The translations under genes were made by a program, and so were the position numbers. This document shows positions 10,725 through 21,008 of a stretch of DNA of 64,000 nucleotides, piece after piece. Under the pieces are notes generated by a model. It worked only from the letters and a program-made list of their open reading frames with translations. It was not told the origin of the DNA and did not search any database. The stretch's first letter is position 1. Each line of letters opens with the position of its first letter. The stretch comes from an uncultured Chloroflexia bacterium (lineage in GTDB: Bacteria; Chloroflexota; Limnocylindria; Limnocylindrales; CSP1-4), in the NCBI GenBank assembly GCA_963819655.1, contig CAWFXA010000001.1, positions 448,001-512,000 on the forward strand, in the 5' to 3' direction.

Positions 10725-12028
10725 GTGCCGGGGATGGCCTCACCGTTGCCTATGTCATGTCGCGTTTCCCCAAGCTGACCGAGACGTTCATCCTCGCGGA
10801 ACTGGAGGCGATGGACCGGGCCGGCGTCCACATCGAGCTCCACCCGCTCCTGCGCCAGACCGGCGAGCCCGTCCAACCGGCAGCCGAGCGCTGGGTGGAG
10901 CGCGCCCATTTCCTGCCGTTCATCTCGCCCGCGATCCTGCGGAGCCAGCTGGCATTCCTGCGTGACCGAAGCCGTCGACGGCGCTACCTGCGTGCCTTCG
11001 CCGACATGATCCGCGGAACGTGGCACAGCCCGAACTTCCTGCTCGGCGGGCTCGGGATCTTCCCGAAGGTCGCTCATATGTCGTTGGCATTGCTCGACGA
11101 GCGAATCGATCACGTCCATTGCCATTTCGCGAACCACCCGGCGCTGGCCGGCTGGCTGGTGCACCGTTTGACCGGGATCCCATACAGCTTCACGGCGCAC
11201 GGCTCGGACCTGCACGTCGACCGGACGATGCTCGCCACGAAGGTCGCCGAGGCCGCATTCGTCGTCACGATCTCGGCGGACAACCGGGCGGTCATCGAGG
11301 CGACCGTCGGGGATGCGTCGTCGGGCAAGGTCGAGGTGATCCATTGTGGCGTCGACCCGGACGCCTTCCCGGTGTCCGATCGCGCCCCTGGAGGACCGCT
11401 GCGGATCGTCGCGGTCGGCACGCTCCACGAGGTCAAGGGCCAGGTCCACCTGATCGAGGCCTGCCGACGGCTCGCACAGCGTGGCGTGGCGTTCACCTGC
11501 CGGTTCATCGGTGACGGACCCGATCGGGAGGCCCTGGCGCGGCGGATCGACCAGTACGCCCTGGGCGATCAGGTCACGCTCGCCGGCCGGATGACGAGCG
11601 ACGCAGTCGCCGCCGAGCTTGCCCGGTCGGACGTGCTCGCGGCCCCGAGCGTGCCGACGAGCGGCGGCAAGCGCGAGGGCATCCCGGTCGTCCTCATGGA
11701 GGCGATGGCAGCCGGCCTGCCGGTCGTGGCCAGCCGCCTGTCGGGGATCCCGGAGCTCGTCACGGACGAAGTCAGCGGGCTTCTCGTCCCACCCGGCGAC
11801 GACGACGCCCTGGCCGATGCCCTCGAGCGCCTCGCCGGCGACCCGGCGCTCCGGGCACGCCTCGGTGCGGCCGGCCGGGAGACAGTGCTGCGCGATTTCG
11901 ACGTCGACCGCAACGCCGCGACCCTCGCCTCGCGGATCCAGGCGACCCTCGCCGCGCGGCGGGAGATGCAGGCGACGACCAGCGAGCGAGCCACGACGGG
12001 CGCCGGCGCGCCGGAGCCGGTCGCCTGA
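10721..12028 (+). CDS. Glycosyltransferase family 4 (WcaL-like)
   Basis: SRFPKLTETF, YSFTAHGSD and EGIPVVLMEAMA..PVV motifs; the GTG start overlaps the galE stop. Confidence 0.9.
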   Translation: MSAGDGLTVAYVMSRFPKLTETFILAELEAMDRAGVHIELHPLLRQTGEPVQPAAERWVERAHFLPFISPAILRSQLAFLRDRSRRRRYLRAFADMIRGTWHSPNFLLGGLGIFPKVAHMSLALLDERIDHVHCHFANHPALAGWLVHRLTGIPYSFTAHGSDLHVDRTMLATKVAEAAFVVTISADNRAVIEATVGDASSGKVEVIHCGVDPDAFPVSDRAPGGPLRIVAVGTLHEVKGQVHLIEACRRLAQRGVAFTCRFIGDGPDREALARRIDQYALGDQVTLAGRMTSDAVAAELARSDVLAAPSVPTSGGKREGIPVVLMEAMAAGLPVVASRLSGIPELVTDEVSGLLVPPGDDDALADALERLAGDPALRARLGAAGRETVLRDFDVDRNAATLASRIQATLAARREMQATTSERATTGAGAPEPVA

Positions 12029-13245
12029 TGGCGGCCCTGTTCTGGGCTGCGGTCGGCCTTGTCGTCTACACGTACGTCGGCTTCCCGCTGCTGGTCCTCG
12101 CCAGGGCCAGGCTCCGGCCGCGGCCACACCTTGCCGCCGACATCACGCCGACCGTGAGTGTGGTCATCGCCGCGCACGACGAGGCCGCCTCGATCGGACC
12201 ACGCGTCGACAACCTGCTCGCAGTCGACTATCCGGCCGACAAGCTCGAGATCGTCATCGCGTCGGACGGGTCGACCGACGCAACGGTGGAGGGGGCCAGC
12301 CGTCGGTCCGATCCGCGGGTACGCGTCCTGGACCTGCCGCGAACCGGGAAGGCCACGGCGCTCAACACCGCGGTCGCGGCCTCGACCGGCGAGATCCTCG
12401 TCTTCTCGGATGCGAACACGGCCTACGCGCCGGACGCGATCCGTCAGCTCGTTCGATCCTTCGCGGACCCCGAGGTGGGAGGCGTCGCCGGCAACCAGGT
12501 CTACCTGCCGACCTCTGCGACCACGGGTCCGTCGGACCCCACGACTGCAACGGCCGTCGGCGTCGGGGAGCGCAGCTACTGGGACCTCGATCGCCTCGTC
12601 AAGGACGCTGAGAGCCTGGGCGGCAGCGTGATCTCAGCCACCGGCGCGATCTACGCCCTCCGGCGTGAACTGTTCCAGGACGTCCCCGACGGCGTCACCG
12701 ACGACTTCGTCACCTCGGTCAGGGTCATCGCCGCAGGTCGACGGCTCGTCTTCGAGCCGGGCGCGATCGCGCGGGAGCCCGTCGCCGGGTCAAGCGGGCG
12801 CGAATACCGTCGGAAGGTCCGGATCATGACCCGCGGCCTGCGTGGCGTCGCGGTGTCGCGCCAGCTGCTCGATCCGCGCCGGTACGGGTTCTACGCGTTG
12901 CAGCTGATCACGCACAAGGTCCTGCGTCGCCTGATGGCGATCCCGCTGCTGGTCATCGCGGTCACCAGCGCCGCGCTGTGGGACGCGGGCCCGATCTACC
13001 GGCTGGCGGTCCTCGGCCAGGCATTGGTCTACGGCCTCGGCGGGATCGGCCTCGCGCTTCGCGATCGACGTGCCGGTCGCCGCCCATGGTTCGCGATCCC
13101 CGCGTTCTTCGTGCTCGTCAATGTCGCCTCGCTCCACGCCTTGTGGAACCTGATCTCCGGCCGGCGGATCGACCGCTGGCAGCCGGCGCGACGGGCCGAC
13201 ACCTCCGGGGAGCCCGGGGAGTCGCCGCTGGACGCTCCGACATGA
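12028..13245 (+). CDS. Glycosyltransferase family 2, membrane-anchored
   Basis: VSVVIAAHDE, SDGSTD, FSDAN and TDDF motifs; terminal TM helices. Confidence 0.9.
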   Translation: MAALFWAAVGLVVYTYVGFPLLVLARARLRPRPHLAADITPTVSVVIAAHDEAASIGPRVDNLLAVDYPADKLEIVIASDGSTDATVEGASRRSDPRVRVLDLPRTGKATALNTAVAASTGEILVFSDANTAYAPDAIRQLVRSFADPEVGGVAGNQVYLPTSATTGPSDPTTATAVGVGERSYWDLDRLVKDAESLGGSVISATGAIYALRRELFQDVPDGVTDDFVTSVRVIAAGRRLVFEPGAIAREPVAGSSGREYRRKVRIMTRGLRGVAVSRQLLDPRRYGFYALQLITHKVLRRLMAIPLLVIAVTSAALWDAGPIYRLAVLGQALVYGLGGIGLALRDRRAGRRPWFAIPAFFVLVNVASLHALWNLISGRRIDRWQPARRADTSGEPGESPLDAPT

Positions 13246-14774
13246 GCGCTCCCGGCACGACGATCCGTCCCGCGGGTCCGCCCCCAGCTCGACGCGCCCC
13301 GGCCGACCGCTCCGCGGTGGCGATGGCGCTGCTCATCGTCATGGGCTCGCTGGCCGCAGGGATCCTCGCGGCGGACGCGCCGCTACTGACGGTCGCGGGC
13401 GCCAGCGCGCTGCTGCTCGGGATCGCCATCGTCCTGCGACCGGACGTCGCGACGCTGACGACCATCGCGATCCTCTACACGAATGCGGCTGTGGTCGCCG
13501 TCCGGTTCCACGGCGTCCCTCTGTTCGTCGGGGCATTCGTGCCGGCCCTGCTCGTCGTGCCGCTGGCCCGCGATCTCGTCGTCCGTCGGCTGCCCGTCGT
13601 GGCGCCCCCGATGCTGGGCTGGATGGTCGTACTGCTGTTCATCCACGTGATCTCGGCGCTGTTCTCGAGCGACACCGTCGTGTCGTGGGATGCCGTCGTC
13701 ATCTTCGTCGTCGAGGGGTTCGGCCTGTATTTCCTGCTCATCAACGTCATCAGGACGCCGGAGATGCTGCGCTCGGTGACCTGGGTCCTCCTGATATCGG
13801 GCGCCCTGGTCAGCTTGTTGGCGATCCACCAGGTCGTGACGGAGAACTACGACAGCAACTATCTCGGTTTCGCACAGGCGGACTCGGCGATCCGCACAGG
13901 CGCCACCACGCTCGCCGGCGACGTCCTCCAACCCCGGATGGCCGGCCCGATCGGTGAGACGAACCGTTTCGCCCAGGTGATGCTCATGCTGGTGCCGTTG
14001 GGCCTCTTCCGCGCGATCGGTGAACGATCGACGTCGCTGCGGGTCATCGCCGGACTCATGACGCTGGCGATCACGCTCGGCGTCGTGCTGTCGTTCTCAC
14101 GGGGTGGGGCGGTGGGGCTGGCGGCGCTCGTGCTGGCGCTCATGGTGCTCAGGCTCGTCCGGGTGCGGCATGTGCTGGTGCTCGTGGTCGTGCTCGGACT
14201 CATCCTCGTGGCCCTTCCGCAGTACGCGAACCGGCTGACCTCCCTCGCCGACCAGGGCGGCTTCGGTGGCAGCACGTCGTCGGCAGTCACCGACACGTCG
14301 TTGCTCAGCCGCGCGACGGAGACGCTGGCGGCCGCGCTCGTGATCGTCGATCACCCCGTGCTCGGGGTCGGCCCCGACATGTTCCCCGTCTACTACGAGG
14401 AGTACGCCCAGGTCGTCGGGATCCTCATCCGGAACGATGCGGCCCGGGAGGCGCACAACCTCTATCTCGGCATCGGGGCCGAGCTGGGCATACCCGGGCT
14501 CATCGTGTTCCTCATCATCGCGGTGCTCACCATCCGGATGATCCTGGCCGCGCGACGCGCGAGCCTCATTCGACGCCCCGACCTCGAGCGCCTGACCACG
14601 CCGTATCTCCTTGCGCTGCTCACCTATTACGTGACGGGCCTGTTCCTGCACCTTTCCTTCGCCCGGTACTACTGGCTGATGCTGGCGGTGGCCGGTGCCG
14701 CGGCGATCATCACGCTCCGTGAGACCGCCGCGGACGAGGCCTCCGATCAGGGTGCCGTCAGCCAGTCCGTGTAG
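13242..14774 (+). CDS. O-antigen ligase / Wzy polymerase family
   Basis: Many TM helices; SFSRGG, HPVLGVG and AHNLYL...AELGIPG motifs. Confidence 0.87.
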   Translation: MSAPGTTIRPAGPPPARRAPADRSAVAMALLIVMGSLAAGILAADAPLLTVAGASALLLGIAIVLRPDVATLTTIAILYTNAAVVAVRFHGVPLFVGAFVPALLVVPLARDLVVRRLPVVAPPMLGWMVVLLFIHVISALFSSDTVVSWDAVVIFVVEGFGLYFLLINVIRTPEMLRSVTWVLLISGALVSLLAIHQVVTENYDSNYLGFAQADSAIRTGATTLAGDVLQPRMAGPIGETNRFAQVMLMLVPLGLFRAIGERSTSLRVIAGLMTLAITLGVVLSFSRGGAVGLAALVLALMVLRLVRVRHVLVLVVVLGLILVALPQYANRLTSLADQGGFGGSTSSAVTDTSLLSRATETLAAALVIVDHPVLGVGPDMFPVYYEEYAQVVGILIRNDAAREAHNLYLGIGAELGIPGLIVFLIIAVLTIRMILAARRASLIRRPDLERLTTPYLLALLTYYVTGLFLHLSFARYYWLMLAVAGAAAIITLRETAADEASDQGAVSQSV

Positions 14775-16561
14775 CCGAAGTTCTTGCCCGTCCGCGCGGG
14801 GGCGGGTCCGCGATACGCGGTGCCGTAGCGCCGGTCGATCAGCCAGGGTTGCCACTCGTCGTCGCCCTCGGCCACCCAGCCGGCACGTCCGTACAGGAAC
14901 CGGGTCGCGCGCAGCAGGGCGCGGTCCGACCAGTTCCAGGCGTCGTAGCCGGCAACGCGAAGCAGCTCTGCCTGGAGCACGGCACCCTGGAGGCCTTCCC
15001 AGGCGTACCCGGTCGGAGCCGGCGGCCAGGCGAACGTTCCGCCCCGCCGCATCTCCTCCGGCAAGGCGCCGCCGATGTCGATCCCGTTCTTCGTGCAGCC
15101 GGTCGGGTTGATGCCCACGGGCTTCGTGGGATCGCACTGCCAGGACAGATCGCCGTAGATGAAGCCGGCGTACGCGGCCCGGTCCCCGAGATAGCCGCGG
15201 AACACCTGGGCGGTCCGGGCCATCTCGGCCGAGTCGCCGAGGTACGCGGCGATCGCGGCACGCGCCGCCCCGGCGTGGGTGCCCCAGTTGTTCGGTCGTC
15301 GCTCATGCGTCTGACGCAGGGTCATGCCGTCGAGCGTCGTCGAGAGCAGTGCCCGGAGCCATGGCCGGAACGCCGCCGTATCGAACGCCGGGTCCAGCGT
15401 CCGGAGTGAGATCAGGTCGGCGGCGATCACATAGGCGGGGAGGTTGCGGCCCAATGCCAGGGTGCGGCCGCCGGATTCGGTGCCGAGCGCGGATCTCAGG
15501 CCGGCCAGCACGCTGGTGCGGTAGCTCGCGACGCCCGTCCGGGCATAGACAAGTGCCTTGGCGAGCACCACCTGGTCGGTGTTGTCGTCCTGGTTCGAGA
15601 TGTTCGGGGCCCCGAGCGCTGAGTCGGCACGGGCCTGCAGAGCTGTCCAGGCGGGACCGGAGGTCGGCAGGCGCCCGATCTCGGACGCCGACACGAGGAT
15701 GCCGCTCCCCGGCGCGACGACGAGCGGGCCCGACGGCGCGGTCGGCGTCGGCGATGGCGTAGGCGTCGGCGTCGGCACGGCGGTCGGCGTCGGCGTGGGG
15801 GTCGGGGTCGGCGACGCGGTCGGAGTCGCGGTCGCGGTCGGGGTGGGAGTCGGCGAGGCCGTCGGGGTCGGCGAGGCAGTCGGGGTCGGAGTCGCCGCCG
15901 CGGCAGGTGTCGGAGTCGCCGTCGGGGCGGCCGTCGGGGTCGCCGTCGGTGCCGGCGTCGGGCTGGCGGTCGGGGCCGCAGTCGGGGCAGCCGTCGGCAC
16001 TGGAGTCGCCGTCGGAGCCGCTGTCGGTGGCGCCGTCGGCGCAGGGGTCGGAGTGGGGACGGGCGTAACGCGTGGTTTCGCGCGTGGTGTCGCGACCGGC
16101 GTCGGCGCCGGGGTCGGATCCGGCTTCTTGGCCGGGGCGACGATCTCGACGGCCAGCAACCCGCGTTCGACACCCTGGTCGTCGACTGCCCGCAGCTCAT
16201 GCACACCGCGCTCGAGCGTCGGTGGCAGGCGAACCTTCACCGAGAACCGGCCTTTGGCGTTGGTGCGATAGGCGACCAGCTCCGTCCCGTCGGGCCACAC
16301 CAGGAGTCCCGTCTCAGCGCGGTCGAACCCGGTGCCGACGATGACGATGCGCTGACCCGGCGTCGGCGCGTCGGGCGTCACCGCCAGGGTCGGCGTCGCC
16401 GCGGCCGTCATCACGAACGGAAGGATGAGCGCAGGGATCAGCAGGATGATCGGCAGGGTCGCCAGGATGTCGCGATGCTTCGACCACCGGGACGGGGGCG
16501 GTGGTGGCTCCGGGTGCGAGAAGACCCAGTCCTTGCGATCGGCGATCCTGATGTTCCGCAC
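14747..16561 (-). CDS. Secreted or anchored alginate-lyase-like protein (paralog 1) with an Ig-like domain and Pro/Thr/Ala linker
   Basis: GGAGG RBS before the GTG; TM/signal segment; PT-rich linker; catalytic domain with NNWG and a C-terminal FGYTDWL shared with two neighbouring genes. Confidence 0.6.
   Translation of the reverse strand: MRNIRIADRKDWVFSHPEPPPPPSRWSKHRDILATLPIILLIPALILPFVMTAAATPTLAVTPDAPTPGQRIVIVGTGFDRAETGLLVWPDGTELVAYRTNAKGRFSVKVRLPPTLERGVHELRAVDDQGVERGLLAVEIVAPAKKPDPTPAPTPVATPRAKPRVTPVPTPTPAPTAPPTAAPTATPVPTAAPTAAPTASPTPAPTATPTAAPTATPTPAAAATPTPTASPTPTASPTPTPTATATPTASPTPTPTPTPTAVPTPTPTPSPTPTAPSGPLVVAPGSGILVSASEIGRLPTSGPAWTALQARADSALGAPNISNQDDNTDQVVLAKALVYARTGVASYRTSVLAGLRSALGTESGGRTLALGRNLPAYVIAADLISLRTLDPAFDTAAFRPWLRALLSTTLDGMTLRQTHERRPNNWGTHAGAARAAIAAYLGDSAEMARTAQVFRGYLGDRAAYAGFIYGDLSWQCDPTKPVGINPTGCTKNGIDIGGALPEEMRRGGTFAWPPAPTGYAWEGLQGAVLQAELLRVAGYDAWNWSDRALLRATRFLYGRAGWVAEGDDEWQPWLIDRRYGTAYRGPAPARTGKNFGYTDWLTAP
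15740..16125 (-). repeat. Low-complexity PT/PTA coding linker
   Basis: Degenerate 6-12 bp repeats encoding PTATP/PTPTP. Confidence 0.85.
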
Positions 16562-16653
16562 GACGTCCTCCCTGCTCCGCGACTGCGTAGGCGGGGAGCG
16601 TTGGACGCCAGCGCGACCAGGGAACGGGTCAGCGTCCCAAGGCGCGCTGCGAC

Positions 16654-16730
16654 TTCGGCAACCCGGCTACCTGGGATCCAGGCCCGTGGCTTTGCGGCCC
16701 CGCCTCGCGACGGGTGTGCCTGTTCGGTAT
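16654..16730 (-). ncRNA. c-di-GMP-I (GEMM) riboswitch upstream of lyase paralog 1
   Basis: Reverse complement reads GGCACACCCGTC-GCGA-GGCGGGGCCGCAAAGCCACGGGCCT...GGTAGCCGGGTTGCCGAA, with a GNRA-capped P2, GCAAAGC junction, P3 and 3' GGTTGCCG; about 90 nt before the start codon. Confidence 0.88.
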
Positions 16731-16961
16731 CTGCGGTCCGGTGACGGTTACGTGTCCGTGACGGGACGGGGTTGGGGCGATCGTGCCCGTTGGGGGTCGT
16801 GCCACGATGCACCCGGGCGTCAGCCCGTGGCAATCGGACCATCGTCCGGGCGAGCCTCCGATCGGCCACGTCGATGGCCGCGGAGCGAGTGCGCCGGCGC
16901 CATCCCCGTCGACTCGGAACCACCACGGACCGGACCGGACTGGACGGTCCGAAGGTACCGG

Positions 16962-18305
16962 CTAGCTGCCGTACAGCCAGTCCGTGTAGCCGAAGACCCG
17001 CCCGATACCGGCCTGCTCGGTCGGGAGGTCGAGCCCGTAGCGTGCGTTGAGAAGCCACGGGACGTGGTGGCTCACAGCCGAGCGGTTCCAGGTCAGACCG
17101 CCCGCCTCGCCCGAGCGGGTGACGACATCGGCCGCCCGACGGATGGCCGAGTCGGACCACGTCCAGACGTCGCCATAGCCGTTGACCGTGAGCAGCTCGG
17201 CCTGGAACGAGAGCCCCTGCAGCGACTCGAGCGTGTAGCCGATGCCGTCCCGCCCGGGCGGCCATTTCCTGTTCCCGCCGCGGTCGATGTCGCGGACGAT
17301 CGCGCCATCGAGATCGATCCCGCCCTTCTCGCATGGCGGATTGACCGGCGTGTATCGCGACGGATCGCAGGCCCAGCTCGCCGCGCCTTCGACCGGCTGG
17401 AACCGATCCCATGCGGATCGATCACCGAGGAAGCCCTTCAGGACCTGCGCCGCACGCTGCACATCGTCCGTGTCACCGAGGTACAGGCTGGCGGCGATCC
17501 GCGAGGCGCCCGTGAACGAGCCCCAGTTGTTCGGAGCGTCCTCGTGCGTGGACACCAATGACGTCCAGCGCCCGTGACCGCCGAGCTCGCGCGTCCGGAT
17601 ATCGTCGAGCCAGGATCGGAAGCGCTCGTCGTCCGGGCCCGACAGCCCGACGAAGTCGGCTGCGAGGACGTACGCCCCGAGCTGGCGGCCAAGCGACAGG
17701 ATCGAGTTGTTGGCACCCGCCCGCTCGGTGCCGATGGCATCCATGATCTGGGCCGTCGCGCGCTCGCCATAGGCGGGGTCCCCCGTCCGCGCGAAGACGA
17801 GTGCCGCGGCCAGCGTCATCACGCCGTGGCGGTTGTCCTGATCGCGCAGGTCGGGTTCCCCGGGCGGCTCGTCGGCCCACGCGACCAACGACTCCCAGGC
17901 GAGACCGCTGGTGGGCAATGCCATGAAGTCGGCCTTCGACATGAGGAGATAGTCGCCTGGGGGCCGAGGCGATGGTGGTGGCGGCAGCGACACGCTGGGC
18001 GCGACGGATTCGGTCGCATCGGGGGACGCCCCGGAGGAGCCGGTCGGGCTCGGGACGACCGCGCTGGACGGGCTGGCGCCCCCTTCCGGCCCCGGCCGCA
18101 ACGGCAGCCAGCTCGACGCGATGAGGGCAGCGACGACGAGGACCGCCGCCGCGAGCAGGATCCGGAGTGGCCGTCGTGGCCGGCGGGGCGGCGTCGTGGG
18201 CGGGGCGGGGGGCTCCCCCGGCGGTCCGGACGCGGGCCCGGACGACGGCTCGGCTGGAGGCGTCTTGGGCGTCGGGATACGGATCGTCGGGCTGTCGTCG
18301 GCCAT
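16962..18305 (-). CDS. Membrane-anchored alginate-lyase-like protein (paralog 2)
   Basis: Pro-rich N-terminus and TM helix; LSLGRQLGAYVLAAD, THEDAPNNWG and FGYTDWL motifs. Confidence 0.6.
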   Translation of the reverse strand: MADDSPTIRIPTPKTPPAEPSSGPASGPPGEPPAPPTTPPRRPRRPLRILLAAAVLVVAALIASSWLPLRPGPEGGASPSSAVVPSPTGSSGASPDATESVAPSVSLPPPPSPRPPGDYLLMSKADFMALPTSGLAWESLVAWADEPPGEPDLRDQDNRHGVMTLAAALVFARTGDPAYGERATAQIMDAIGTERAGANNSILSLGRQLGAYVLAADFVGLSGPDDERFRSWLDDIRTRELGGHGRWTSLVSTHEDAPNNWGSFTGASRIAASLYLGDTDDVQRAAQVLKGFLGDRSAWDRFQPVEGAASWACDPSRYTPVNPPCEKGGIDLDGAIVRDIDRGGNRKWPPGRDGIGYTLESLQGLSFQAELLTVNGYGDVWTWSDSAIRRAADVVTRSGEAGGLTWNRSAVSHHVPWLLNARYGLDLPTEQAGIGRVFGYTDWLYGS

Positions 18306-18596
18306 GTCCGCGACAGTCTACGGTCGAGCGCGGCGGGGCTCATTCCGCTGCCGTGATGTGGGGACGCACGCGTTGCCCCGACGCACCGAATGGAAGCGGT
18401 GACTGGCCGCAACGGGGTGACAGGGGCGTTGATCGGGTGCAAACTCCCTGTTGACAAAGGTTGCAGGGGCCTTGTCCCCTCCCGCGCTCACCGCGGGCCG
18501 TCAGCCGCTTCACCCGTCACCCACCGATCGCTCGTCCCGGTCGGTCCGCCGTTCGTTCGTCGCATGTCCTGCGACGTCCAGGTAGGAAGGAGCACC

Positions 18597-19721
18597 ATGC
18601 GGCCGGTCGGAACCGGCGTCCAATGGACGTCCCGAATGGCTCGCCGAGCCAGGCTTGCAGCCACGATCCTGGCGATCGCCGTCCTGATCCCGAGCACCCT
18701 CCCCGCCCCCGCCGCCGCCGCGACCGACTACATCCTCATGTCGCGCTCGGATCTCCTTGCGAGACCTGTCAGCGGCATCCCGTGGGCCAACATGAAGGCC
18801 GTCGCTGACGGCAGCCTCGGGACACCGAACCTGTGCAGCCTGGATGCGAAGCACCACCTGCGGACGCTCGCAGCCGCGCTCGTCTTCGCGCGGAGCGGTA
18901 GCGCGTCGTACGGTCTCAAGGCCCGCCAGGGCGTGATGGCCGCGATCAAGACGCAGCGAAGCGGGTGCGACAACGCGACTCTCGCGCTCGGACGCCAGCT
19001 CATGGCATACGTCCTCGCCGCAGACTTCGCGGAGTTGACCGGGACTCCGGACGCAACGTTCCGCGCCTGGCTCACGACGATCCGGCGCAAGATCATCGGC
19101 GGCCACGGAGTCTGGGATTCGCTGTTCCGGACGCACGTCCGATCAGCCACGAACTGGGGGGCCTACGCCGGTGCATCGCGCATCGCGGCGAGCCTCTATC
19201 TCGGCGACACGGCCGACGTGGTTGCCGCCAGCGCGATCACCCAGGGCTTCCTCGGGATACGGACAGCGTTCCGATTCTCGGATCGGATGAGCTCGTCGGC
19301 CCTGTCGTGGTCGTGTGCGCCCAGCATCTACACGCCGGTCAACGGCGTGTGCAAGAAGGGCGTCATCAACGTGAGTGGCGCTGTCATCGCCGACATCAGC
19401 CGTGGCGGCTCGCTCCGCTGGCCACCCGGCGGCACCGGGGTCCAGTATCAGCTCGACTCGATCCAGGGCGTCGGCATGCAGGTGGAGCTGCTCTACCAGA
19501 ACGGCTATCCCACGGCCTGGGAGTGGTCCGCCGCCGCCGTCAAGCGGATGGCCGATCTCGTGACCCGGTCGAAGTCGGGGGGCGGGACTGGCTGGAACGA
19601 AACCACCGCATCGCGGCAGATGCCCTGGCTGCTCAACCGTCGCTACGGGATGTCGATCCCGAGGCGAAGCTCTGGTATGGGCCGAGCGATCGGTTTCACC
19701 GATTGGCTGTGGGGCCCGTGA
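18597..19721 (+). CDS. Secreted alginate-lyase-like protein (paralog 3, basic)
   Basis: AAGGAG RBS before ATG 18597; signal peptide; LALGRQLMAYVLAAD, ATNWG and IGFTDWL motifs. Confidence 0.6.
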   Translation: MRPVGTGVQWTSRMARRARLAATILAIAVLIPSTLPAPAAAATDYILMSRSDLLARPVSGIPWANMKAVADGSLGTPNLCSLDAKHHLRTLAAALVFARSGSASYGLKARQGVMAAIKTQRSGCDNATLALGRQLMAYVLAADFAELTGTPDATFRAWLTTIRRKIIGGHGVWDSLFRTHVRSATNWGAYAGASRIAASLYLGDTADVVAASAITQGFLGIRTAFRFSDRMSSSALSWSCAPSIYTPVNGVCKKGVINVSGAVIADISRGGSLRWPPGGTGVQYQLDSIQGVGMQVELLYQNGYPTAWEWSAAAVKRMADLVTRSKSGGGTGWNETTASRQMPWLLNRRYGMSIPRRSSGMGRAIGFTDWLWGP

Positions 19722-19829
19722 TCCGCTAATCCCAGCGTCCGCGTGAACGCCTGCCCGTACCCCCCTACCGGGCGGGCGTCACGCCGGGCGCACCCGGTGC
19801 GCATCCTGCACCCGCAAGCGTCCGTGTCG

Positions 19830-21008
19830 CTATCGTGCTCGGCGCTCGCGCCGGACGGTCAGGACCACCCCGAGCAGCGTGACGCTCCCGAGCAAGGAGA
19901 CGGCCAGCAGTCGCTGCGCCAATGCCGGGTCGTCCGACGCCGGGTCGTCGGACGAGTCCTCATCCATCGGCGCCAGGCCGGCCAGTGGCCTCGCCTCGCG
20001 AACGACGTCCAGATACCGGTAGCCATGGCCGACGCTCGGTTCGATGTGGGAGTTCTCGCTGAACTCGTTCCAACTGATCAGACCGATGGCATCGGGCCGC
20101 GTCTGAGCGACGAGCTCCATCTGTCGACGAAGGTGTTCGCCATCATCGCGCGTGATGACCCGCGTCCCGCCGATGAGGCGCGCGTCGAACCCGGCTGCGA
20201 CCGGCACGATCCACAGGCCGCCCTGCGAATGCACGACCGCGCTCATGGCCGTCAGTTTGTCGACGTAGTTGGGAAAGGTCTCGGGGTCGACGGAAGACCA
20301 GTAGTACGCGTCGCCATCGACGGTACCGGCGAGCCGGTTGATACCGTCGACGTCCTTCTCGGAGGCCAGGACGCGGAGCGTCGGGCGGACCTCGGACGTC
20401 ACGCTCTCGATCTCGGACCGGCTGAACTCCCACGTGCCCGACCACACCACGAGCGGTCGGTCGAGGATCTGGAACACGGGTTCCGACGCGTACTCGGCCG
20501 CGAACGATGCGAGGTCCCGACCGACCTGCGCGACGGGGACCGGGTTCCGATCGAAGTCGAGTCCCTGGTAGATGATCGCGAGCTTGAAATCTGCATCGCG
20601 CGCGACCTCGACGAGCTGGCGCAGCCGCGCATCGAGCTTCTCGGTGCTCTTCCAGCTCACGATGAATCCGTCGATCCCGGCGCTCTTTGCCCAGTCGATG
20701 TGCTCGCGCATCACCTGGCGCGAGCTGGACGAGTAGGCGCCCAGAATCGGCATATCGGTCTTGGCGCGGTCCCACGATCCCCGATCGAACCAGATGTAGT
20801 AGTAGGCAAGGACAGGGGCGTCGTGGGCGGTCGGCACGGCTGGCCGCGCCGCCACGGCCGCCAGCAGCAGGACCGTGATCAGCAAGCTGGCAGCGAAGCT
20901 GGCGAAGACCGCGAGCAGCAGGTGCCGTCTCGTACCCGGGAGCCGGCGTGACGCGCTCATGACTTCCGGAGCCGGCGGCCGCAGGTCCGACACAGGCGAG
21001 CTCTCCAT
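19830..21008 (-). CDS. GH99/GH71-like endo-alpha-glycosidase with N- and C-terminal TM segments
   Basis: VLAYYYIWF, HIDWAKSAGIDGFIVSW and ISWNEFSENSHIEPS motifs. Confidence 0.78.
   Translation of the reverse strand: MESSPVSDLRPPAPEVMSASRRLPGTRRHLLLAVFASFAASLLITVLLLAAVAARPAVPTAHDAPVLAYYYIWFDRGSWDRAKTDMPILGAYSSSSRQVMREHIDWAKSAGIDGFIVSWKSTEKLDARLRQLVEVARDADFKLAIIYQGLDFDRNPVPVAQVGRDLASFAAEYASEPVFQILDRPLVVWSGTWEFSRSEIESVTSEVRPTLRVLASEKDVDGINRLAGTVDGDAYYWSSVDPETFPNYVDKLTAMSAVVHSQGGLWIVPVAAGFDARLIGGTRVITRDDGEHLRRQMELVAQTRPDAIGLISWNEFSENSHIEPSVGHGYRYLDVVREARPLAGLAPMDEDSSDDPASDDPALAQRLLAVSLLGSVTLLGVVLTVRRERRAR

Noticed and set aside
15558-16271. Gly/Val-rich ORF on the plus strand
   Set aside because: It is the antisense shadow of the PT linker of the lyase-like gene.
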